Part shown: positions 50,835 through 60,795 of the stretch, one piece after another
Layout of the letters: every line of letters starts with the position of its first letter
Position numbering within the stretch: position 1 is the stretch's first letter
Assembly (NCBI GenBank): GCA_015680685.1
Contig: MNCI01001105.1
Coordinates: forward strand, 3,213-64,007
DNA length: 60,795 nt
Direction of reading: 5' to 3'
Source: Gnetum montanum
Lineage: Eukaryota > Plantae > Gnetophyta
Made by a program: the position numbers and the translations under genes
Notes under the pieces: generated by a model
What the model was told of the DNA's origin: nothing
Databases searched by the model: none
The model's input: the letters and a program-made list of their open reading frames with translations, nothing else

Positions 50835-51231
50835 AGATGATTTTAACAAAGCCCCACCAGACAAGGTAACAAGATATCTAAAAACAAAATCACTCATCCA
50901 TCCTCTGTTTCTCTACCCCTTTCCCAATTTAGTTTTACCTTGTCGGTTAAGTTTGTTCTGTCTTTGTTTGTTGTTCATGGCATTTTTGACCATTATTTAT
51001 GCAAGAGATTTGTTCTGTCTTTGTTTGTTGTTCATGGCATTTTTGACCATTATTTATGCAAGAGATTTATTTCTCAAAAACGCAATGAACAACAAACAAA
51101 GACAGAACAAACTTGACCAAAAGGGTAAAACTAAATTGGGAAAGGGGTAGAGAAACAGATGATGGGTGAGTGATTCCATTTTTAGATAACTTGTTACCTC
51201 ATCTTGTAGTTGGGCTTAGTTAAAATCATCT
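50835..51231. mobile_element. Foldback MITE (~155-bp imperfect TIRs) between (TA)n tracts, with an internal 57-bp tandem duplication
   Basis: 50835-50988 is the near reverse complement of 51074-51231 (CTGTTTCTCTACCCCTTTCCCAATTTAGTTTTACC / GGTAAAACTAAATTGGGAAAGGGGTAGAGAAACAG). Duplication at 50952-51008 / 51009-51065. Confidence 0.85.
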
Positions 51232-51450
51232 CACCCCATTGATATATATATATAAGTAAGTTATTTATATACATGAATGTTTTCATTTTGTTTGAAAACC
51301 AATGCTCTAACGTGGCAATGTTGACAAACTTCACCCCTCTCCCACCCACCATTGCGCAATATGGGTTGGCCTCTTTACCAAAATTATTTGTCATTATTAT
51401 CTTTTATTAAAGAAATAAAATAAAATTGAAGCTTTGGTATGTTTGAAGAC

Positions 51451-54400
51451 TGATGAGCGGCGAGGTACCCCTACGCCCAACCATACGAATACGAGCATTC
51501 ACGTGCGATCCAATTGAACTCCGAGGATTAAGTGCTTATGCACCTACACAGAACAAGGATGAGTTATGCAATCATTGTCTTCCCAAACTTACTTGTAAGG
51601 CACAATTGTATGGTTAAGTAAACTCAAGGTATATGATTTTTATGTGTTTTTTTATATTTTCTATCTTGGTCTCCTAAGTGTGTGCAATGAAAAGATTTAG
51701 TTAACTAATGGGTTTTTGTAACTCTAATGTGAATCAAATCCTAACACCAGCATTCATTCCCACTCTCCAGACACATCCTGAACTAGTGTAACACTACTGG
51801 GATTACCAAATGCTAGTCGTTACTAGGTTACCAAGCGTTCCACATATGCTCGAAGTGGTTGTGCTAAGTGTGCTAATTCATTGATAATTGATAATTAATA
51901 ATCTTATAGAAATAACATTAATCAACTAACGAAAGCGTCAAATAACATTAAATGTAATAATTAAGCTATTCTAAATGTTCCAAGGTTTATGACAAAGTTC
52001 GTCTTTATTTCCAGGCACAAGGTGTGCTCAGTACACAATGCTCAAATAAAGATCCGTTCACTTTATGACTCCTACTACGGGCACTCAGAAATAATTCTAA
52101 CTCTGGAAGAGAAAAACTACAAGAGTTTGACTAAGGGATTGAAAAATTACTCTCCAAAACCAAATGCCCTTGTCTCTTATTTATAGCCAATGAGACAAGC
52201 TCTGACATCGCGTGTTCGACGTCACTTGGCCCATCTGATATCGAGGGTCCGATATCATAAGTCTGATATTGGGTCAGTTATTTGGTGACTCATCATACCC
52301 CCATGACTAAATGAAAACTCATCCTCAAGTTCCTTACAAAATATTGGGAAGATATGGGATTATTAACTAAATGACAACTGACAATGACATGGAATGACAG
52401 ACTCAAAGTGCCCAATGAACAAATTGACAAATGTATTACAACATCGGTGTTCATAACCATTGTGGTGAACACTGTACATAGATGACATTCAGACCCTCAT
52501 TTGACAGCTTGAAGAGAGAGAGAAAAAATAAAATGAGGCGCGTTGCTGCCAATATCAAAAATGTGCACACTGTTGTTCATTCATGGCCACATGACTATGC
52601 GTGTTCCTTGCGTCAATGCTCTAGCTCCAGTCCATCCTGAGTGCTCCCTCCTATCCTAGTCCATTATTTATGTGATCTTCATCTGCACACACAGCACAAT
52701 CATGAATTAGCAAGGATAGATAAGATATAATACAGTTGATACCTTGCTTCGATATGAAGCACATCGGCTAGGTTGTGGGTATGGCAGATACTGGGTTAGA
52801 GGTTTGTAAGTGATAACTACCCAAGGTGTAGGGGTGAGATAAGTAATGGAATGAAAAAGTTTGTGACAGGCCCCCACGACTAAGAGCAAACCTCCAATAG
52901 CAATAGGATGGAAAATGAAAGAAAAAAGGAAGATAAGAGGAATAACAATGGTGAAGCCAATAAAAATGTATAGAATAGATGTCATGGCTAGGATGAAATG
53001 AGAAATAGTTGATTACAAAAAATGTTTAAGGAAAAATAACTTAACAATTGCACCAAAAAGGAATGCCAGTGGGTCCTTCCCAAAGCAGGCTCATGCCCTT
53101 TATACCCTGACAAACCCACAAACCAAAGAGTCTGTAGGTTCTAGGAATGACATATGGAGACAATAGTTAAAAATTCACCCACAAGAATTTACCAAAGAAT
53201 AACAATGTGTCAACTAATATATAGACTAATCATAAAATCGGCAATGAGGTAGAATATGGGAAGCAACATGGAAAGAGAAAAGAGAATGGAATGGAATCCC
53301 GAAATCAAGGTTGTGTAAAGTTCCTTATAGATTATGTGGTTAAGGTGACTTAATAAAATTCAGTCCAAATCCACATTAAAACTAACCACATCCAATGACC
53401 TCACATCAACATACTTGACCAACCCATCCTTCTAAAGCAACAAGAATGCTTTCATAGAGCAACCACCATCCCAAAAAGAGAAGAATAGAGAAGTAGGAAG
53501 TGAGAAAGGGCCTTAGTTAGAGAAAACCTTCAGGCATGGGAAACATGTCTTTCTAGTACCATAACCAATGCTTGTTGCCCATGTTTCTTTATTATGTCTA
53601 AAGGGTGTGCTTTGAATTCCCAGCAGTTTTGTTTTTTTTTTTAGTGGGAACCACACCATACAAAGACTTATTCGATTCATTCAACTTCTTGATATTAGCT
53701 GACAACGGAATGGCAAAAAACCTATGAAAAACATCCAAGTACCCAAGAGAATAGCCAGCACAAATGCGTTGAATCCCTTTGAAGTCACATCCTTTTCAAT
53801 CCATTTGAATTTTTCCTTGGTTTGAAGAATGCCAAGCCACAAATTCATTAACAGGTTTGATTAGAAAAAGGGACAGTACATTTTCAAAACAGAGGGAGAC
53901 CATAGAGTTGAATGGATGATGCAGACTCATTACCTTTTTATCAAAAGAAACCATATATTGCATCAACATTAAAAGTCAAAGGTAAAAACCAAACACTAGT
54001 AATCAACACCATCATAGTACAACCCATCATCATGAGCACTTATTATGTGACAAATAAGAATAAATTAAACAAAATGTAATAGAGAAGGAAATAGTAAAAA
54101 TGTTAACGATGGTGTAAAACAAAAATAAGTAAAAATGAAAAATGTGTAAAACAAAAAAAAAAAGACAAAAGAAACCCGAGGCTTAGAATAATTAGCATTG
54201 GTGGCCATCTCCCCCACGACTGAGTTGGAAGGAGGAGATCCGAAATAATGAACAGGGCTATTTATTAATAGAGGTAGTGTTAGTACTGGCTATTTTTGGC
54301 TCATGGAAAGGTTTGGTTTCAACACATTGTTTCAGTACTTGCTCTAATTGGTCCAATGCTTATTCAAATTCCACTCCATAGGTGGAGAAATCATCCATAA

Positions 54401-57400
54401 AAACCTCCATACCATTCCTTATTTATTGTTGAAATATACTGAGAACCAAATGTTAAAACGTTGTTGGAGCATTGCACAAGCCAAACGACATCTACCTATA
54501 TGCAAATGTCCCCTAAGGACTTGTGAATGTAGTTTTCACTTGGTCTTCTAGTGTTATTTGGATTTGATTATACCCACTGTAACCATCTAGAAAACTATAG
54601 TAACAATGCCCTGTAATGGTATCTAAGACTTGGTCAACGAATGGCAATGGGAAATGATCTTTAAATGTTGCCATGTTTAATAGCTTAAAGTCTATACACA
54701 CCCTCCATTTTCCACCTTTTTTAGGCACAATGACTAATGGACTAACACATTCACTGTCAGCAATGGGGTAGATGAACTCAACATTCAAAAGTTGTTCAAT
54801 TTCTTCCTTAACTACTTGCTTAAGCTTTGGGTTCAATCATCTTTGCAGTTGTTGTCAAGGCTTCATAGGTCAGTGTAAATTATATGTTGGCATATCCTAG
54901 GATCTATTTCGATTAATTCGGGATATGACCAAGCAAAGGCTTTTGACCATTTGTTTGCCATCTTTAGTAGTCTTTTTTTTTGTTAAGGAGTGAGCTTAGC
55001 ATTAATGATTACCAATTTTCCATTCTTAAGAAATGCATACTCCATACCAGTGGGCAACAATTTTAATTCAAGGGGCTCTTGCTTAAACTTGTTAGGGATT
55101 TCCAACCTCCCCCAATTGATATATTCGGTGTCAATACTTGGAAGTTGGTGATGGACTTGCTCTAATGCATCTATGCTATTGATATAGGTGCAAGTTAAGC
55201 TCTCAGTTGGTTCCATGCATAAAGTTGAATTGCTCTCTAGGTCAACTGTCAGCCACTGGGTGCCTTCCTATCTTATGGTTGCTGCATACAAGCATCTTTG
55301 TATGTCGAATATGTATGCACACTAGTTACATGCAGGCAATGTTAAGCATTGTACAAACCAGAACTTCTGCAAGTCATTGCACCCTGTGTCACTATATGCG
55401 ATGCATGGAACTTTCTTTTTCTCGACCTTCCCAAACACATTTTCTTTTGATATCTCTAGGGAAAGATCACATATTCCTAGGCATACATCAATCGTACTTA
55501 GCCATGCTCTTCCCATTATGATTGGGAAGTCCCCATTGCAGTTGTTAACTTGAATCACTAGGAAATTGGCTGGATATGACCACCCACAAATAGTGGTGAC
55601 AATATCCTCCACTAGTCCCAATGGAACAGTGATGGATTGGTTGACCAACTCTAAATGAATGTTACTCTTCTTTAGTAGAGGCAGGTTCTAGGCTCTATAC
55701 ATTTCTTGGAAGATCAAATTAACACCAAAACCTGAATCCAAAAGAGCTTTACAAGGTTCATTTCCAATGATTTGCAAAGAAATAAGAGAACTTCCAGGAT
55801 CAAAGAATTTCCTAGGAAGATGGCCAGCTTTAATCCATTTAGTGATGGCATGAGTTAACATGACAGTATGCATTGAGTGTGGTTTTTGGTTTGAAGGAAG
55901 CTTCGAAGATTTAAATGATGATGAGGTATTTAGATAATTAGCCGCTTGTGGTTGTAAGGACTTGGTTGGACTGTTGGTTCTAAAGAAAAGTCTCTTCTTT
56001 GATTGGTTGTCTGAACCAATAGTAGGTTGAAGATTGACAGCTCTTGTAGTGTTACGTTGTTGCAGCTAGGCAGGAAGCTCACCCTGCATAGTTGGAGTAG
56101 GTGGTAATAGAGCCGAGGGTGGAAGAGATGCAAATAGATGAGAAGGATAGTACATATGTGGAGCATCACCCCTAGAAGAAGAAGTTCTATAGTACTCAGG
56201 GGTCTGGTAGTGAGGTTGAAGAGCGATGTGACTAGTAGAGTTACATGGAGAGATCGGTTGTTGAACATAATACTTGTATGGATCAAGTTGATGGTAAGGG
56301 TATTGTTGACGTGGTGGTGGTATTCCCCATGATTATGGGTGTTGCCACTGTTGATACTATTCATTTGGTTGTGGTGGAGCTCCACTCAGATAATACGTCA
56401 AGGGTTGGTGGAACTGCCTTGGGTTGCCTTGAGGATAAGGTAACCTTTTGGGTGTTTTTAATCTATTTAATTATGGGTTTAGTGTATACACCCTAGACTC
56501 TTGCAGATGTGACACCACTAGGCAACATCCCTTAGGATGGTCATATTGGCAAATCTCACATTCACCATCATTGTCTATGTCCGAATCCACAACCTCTTCA
56601 ATGACGGCAACCTTGCCCTTACCCTTGTTACATGCATACTCAGCTTCTTTCTTTTTCCTTCTCTCTTGGTCACTTCTTTGTTCTCTAGACTTCTCTACTA
56701 TTTTTAGGACAGTTTGAAATTTGTCATCTAGGGAGTTCCACATTTGATCCACCTTTGCTGATACTTCTGATGCAAATTTTTGAATGGGCAAAGTCTTTCT
56801 ATTCACCATCTCTTCAAGTGGTGACTCTTCTTCATCTTCGCAAAATCTAATTTCCTTCTTTTAGAGGGAAGGATCTCTGTTGTACTCCTCTGCACTTTCT
56901 CTTTTCCTCAAATACCTTCCTCCTTGGCAACTTGCTCCAACAATCTTTGTATTTGATGGGCTCAGAGCTCGGATAGCCTTCCTTGGGCATAAGTCCCAAG
57001 GGTTCTTTGTGTTTCATACCTAAGCCCATCTACAAGATGGCATAGTTGTTCCTTTTGCCAGTAACCATGACTAGGGCAATGATGTAATACTGAATAATAT
57101 CGGCCCATGGCAACATCCAAGGGTTCGTGTCCTCCTTATTTCCATCCTTAGATTTGCTTACGCAGGTTGCACACTTGGGAGTACATTTGATACTTATCAT
57201 TGAATAGCTCTAACATGGTACTCCAACGAATGGATTCTAGTTCTAAGGACCAGTACCAACTTTCTGCTTTCTTAATTAGTGTCCATGGAAACAACTTTAG
57301 CTTTTACCACTCATTTTCTATATTCTACAAGGCACGTGCATCGTGGAATGCTTGTAAATGGTTTTAAGGATTAGCATTGTATCCCCCTTCAAATCGTGGG

Positions 57401-59193
57401 ATGTTATTCATGTCTAGTCTTTTGATCCTACTATCTTTTTGGTGCCTTGTTGGGATCCTAACTACCTTTGTTTTATTTAACATACTTTGGGTGGCGAGTA
57501 GGGGTTCATTGTAATCATGCTACCTATGGTGTCTATGATGCCTATGTTGTTCCCTACTCTCCCTTCTTTCGTCATGTGTCTCTTTGGAATGCCCTTGTTC
57601 CCTTTCTCTACTATTTTGTTGGTGATTTCTATTTTTCATACCATTGTCCTCATGGTCTCACCCTCTACGATTATGGTTAGATCCTGAAGAAGAGGGGGAA
57701 GAAGATGATGAAGGTGAAGAGGAAGGAGAACTGGCATCATGATGGTGCTTGTTACCTTCTCTTTGGTGGTCGTGGCCTCGGTCACAATTACGATCGGAAT
57801 GTCCATCATTGTCATGTGTTCATGTTCCTTTTCTAGATCCTTTGTATTTGTTACTACCAGAACCTGGGTTATGAATAGTTGAGTGAAGATTCGGATACTC
57901 AACTCCTTGATCGAAGTCAAAGAGGGGAACATCGTTTTGTGGAAAACCTCTTGAGATAGGTTCACCACTGTCATTTTCACTTAGGACATATGAGACATCC
58001 TAAGACCCCTTCCCCTTCATGGATTCATAATGTCTTTCCTGTTGTAGATCCCTCTAGCATTGTGCCTCCGTGGATTGATACTCTCTCAAATCTTGTTCAT
58101 GCACAACATACTTTGACTGTAAGTGTTACATACTAATTCGTGTGAGAGCACGAAGAAGCATGCTCAGGATTGAGCGATAGGGAGGTAACACTATGTTACC
58201 TTCTAAATCATGCCATTGCAACTATTCATCCTGGTGGAGGATAAAGGTAAAGTTTGGTACATACTCATCAGGATGAGCATATACCATGCGAAATTGTTGG
58301 GGCATTGGTAGATCATCATGTGCACCCTGNCACCAACGATGAGTGGCGAGGTACCCCTACGCCCAACCATACGAATACGAGCATTCACACAAGATCTGGT
58401 CAAACTCTGAGGATTAAGTGCTTATGCACCTACACAGAACAAGGATGAGTTATGCAGTCATTGTATTCCCAAGCTTACTTGTAAGGCACAATTGTATGGT
58501 TAAGTAAACTCGAGGTATATGATTTTTATGTGTTTTTTTTATATTTTCTATCTTGGTCTCCTAAGTGTGTGCAATGAAAAGATTTAATTAACTAATGGGT
58601 TTTTGCAACTCTAATGTAGATCAAATCCTAACACCAGCATCTGTTCCCACTCTTCGGACACATCCTGAACCAGTGTAACACTACTGAGATTACCAAACAC
58701 TAACTGTTACTAGGTTACCAAGTGTTCCACGTATGCTCGAAGTGGTTGTGTTGAGTGTGCTAATTCATTGATAATTGATAATTAATAATCTTATAGAAAT
58801 AACATTAATTAACTAACGAAAGTGTCAAATAATAGTAAATAACATTAAATGCAATAATTAAGCTATTCTAAATGTTGCAAGGTTTATCACAAAATTCATC
58901 TTTATTTTCGAACACAAGGTGTGCTCAGGTACACAATGTTCGAATAAAGATCCGTTCATTCTATGAATCCTACTGCAGGAACTTAGAAATAATTCTAACT
59001 CTAGAAGAGAAAAACAATAAGAGTTTGGCTAGGGGACTGAAAAATTACTCCCCAAAACCAAGCGCCCCTATCTCTTATTTATAGCTAACGAGACAGGCTC
59101 TGACATCGCGTGTTCGATGTCGCTTGGCCCATCCAATATCGAGGATCTAATATCGTCAGTCCGATATTGGGTTGGTTATTTGGTGACTCATCA
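51451..59193 (-). mobile_element. Athila-like Ty3/gypsy element B: two LTRs and TSD, internally deleted (gag, protease, partial RT)
   Basis: LTRs at 51451-52295 and 58337-59193; 5-bp TSD AAGAC (51446-51450, 59194-59198); PPT (minus strand) AGTCATGGGGGTA adjacent to 52295; PBS start TGGTG interrupted by N at 58330. Confidence 0.93.
54300..57500 (-). pseudogene. gag-protease-RT remnants of element B; RT C-terminus, RNase H and integrase deleted
   Basis: PKKGGKWRVCIDFKLLNMATFKDHFPLPFVDQVLD...YSFLDGYSGYNQI...FGLCNAPTTF...MEVFMDDF, then a jump to pol-end-like KPFHEP. Protease ALLDSGFGVNLI. Confidence 0.88.
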
Positions 59194-59313
59194 AAGACCT
59201 ATACGATCTATTGGACATATATTACATTTTCATGAAAATTAAAGATACACTTTACAAATTGACCAAGCACCAATGAGGGCATAAAAAATTCATACAAGTA
59301 TTTTGTTGTAACA

Positions 59314-60169
59314 TGATAATGTTATCTCGAATGGGTAGTCACATTATAAGAGATAAACACTAAACATGTAACTCATCTTAAAAGGCTCATAACTTACATA
59401 ACCTACAAATGCACTATCCTTGAGGGAGTTTGCATCTAATCATGACAATTGTTGTCTTCTCAACTATACTTGTGGAGCTTGATTGTATGGTTAAGTATAA
59501 TTGAGGCACATGATTTTTATTATTTTATATTTTATTTGTCTATGATTAAGAATAGGTTGAAACTTAATTTATGAACCAATGTAACTAATCTAGTTGCTAA
59601 TTAATAATTAACTACCCTAACATAAGTATTTAGACCCATTTTTCATGCACATCCTGAACAAATATAACATTGTTGGGATTACCAAACATCATACGCATGC
59701 TTGAAGTGGTCGTACTTATGTGTTTACTTAATTACTATTTAGCTTATCTTGCTTAATTACTTAATTAACTTAATTGCTTGAAGAACATTGAATAAATAAC
59801 TAAAAACATTAAATGCATAAATAAAATATTTAAGCTAGGGAAGGTGTTGCAAGGTTTGCTCAAAAAGTTCATCTTTATTGTCGCACACACTATCGTGCTC
59901 AAGTACAACAGTGCTCGAATAAAGATCCCTATGATCAACAGCTCTTATTATGGGCACTTTGGAAAATATTCTAGCTCTAGAGAAAAGAAATTGCAAGAGC
60001 TCTGCTATGCTATGACAAAAACTATATGGAAATTATGTGCCAATGGCTAGATTTATAGGTCGACACATAGCCCATGATATCAGATATTCGACATCACATC
60101 TTGGGGTCTGATATCATATACCCGACATCACGGCTCCGATATTGGAGCCTTCCTAAATGCGATTCATCA
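59314..60169 (-). mobile_element. Diverged solo LTR related to element B
   Basis: Shares blocks ATTGTATGGTTAAGTA, CACATCCTGAAC, GGGATTACCAAA, GAAGTGGT and AATAAAGATCC with the B LTRs; similar length; ends TCATCA. Left boundary uncertain and no clear TSD. Confidence 0.65.
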
Positions 60170-60713
60170 CACATATAAGCATAACATAAGGCATTTGCCT
60201 TGTATTTTTTTGTAAATATTTGCATATATTTTATAGGAAAAATGTGTCCAAACTTTTATCATATGTTAAATGTTAAAACTTAAATAACTTTTATAATGAA
60301 ATACTCTAGTCAGTTAAGTCACTTCCACATTTTATAAACAAACTCTACCCTTGTTTTGTTCCCTTGAGAACAAGTTTTTACTTAGTCATGGTGGCACGAT
60401 GAATAGACTTAAGTTGACTGCATCAATAGTGCATCAACATCAATGTTTGGTTAACTATGTCATCATTGACACAGAGGTAATAAATGCTTATATAAATGCA
60501 CATATCAACTACATTTATGTCACGATTTGGTTAGTACTCTTTGTAAAACTCTTGTATTTTTTCATGATAACACTTAGAATAGTCAACAAGTTCTCATAGT
60601 GCAGTTTTAAGTGATTGTCCAAAGTCTTTATTCGAGTGCCATGTACCTAGATATATTGCATGAATGACAATAAAGATCAAGATTATTTCATTTCATTATA
60701 GTACTTTGACTTA

Positions 60714-60795
60714 TGATGAGTGGCGAGGTACCCCTACACTCAACCATACGAAACGAGCGTCGCACGCGTGATCCGGTCGAACTCCGCAGATGGAC
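60714..60795 (-). mobile_element. End of another LTR of the element-B family (runs off the window)
   Basis: TGATGAGTGGCGAGGTACCCCTAC...CAACCATACGAA matches the sequence at 51451 and 58337. Confidence 0.85.

Noticed and set aside
50835-51231. miRNA precursor, or a 65-aa repeated hydrophobic peptide (50953-51150)
   Set aside because: Explained by MITE TIRs and a 57-bp in-frame duplication; no recognisable conserved miRNA.
58321-58337. Novel primer-binding site for element B
   Set aside because: Interrupted by an N at 58330, which may be an assembly join; it cannot be interpreted.

Overview
Land-plant nuclear DNA, AT-rich, with two N gaps near the start. There is one host gene: a 21-exon BSU1-like Kelch-repeat Ser/Thr phosphatase of the BSL2/BSL3 clade on the minus strand (49714..21343). 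All 20 introns read GT..AG and the spliced CDS is 3021 nt (1006 aa). Nearly everything else is transposon-derived. The left flank is a nest of Ty3/gypsy elements: a Tat-like integrase with a 38-bp array and a CpG-rich LTR, a decayed minus-strand pol, a Met-primed LTR, and an Athila-like element with an env-like ORF inserted into an RTE LINE. The 14-kb intron 7 holds an old copia element with a nested L1 LINE and an RTE LINE, plus a tRNA-derived SINE and two inverted copies of a ~0.9-kb repeat. Upstream of the gene lie a foldback MITE and a TSD-flanked Athila-like deletion derivative with further LTRs. The most unusual observation is the intronic L1 (14-bp TSD, A-rich tail). After its zf-RVT domain, where many plant L1s carry RNase H, ORF2 continues in the same frame into a domain resembling the Athila env-like / Transposase_32 protein. 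All domain names come from motif recognition by eye; no database search was run.
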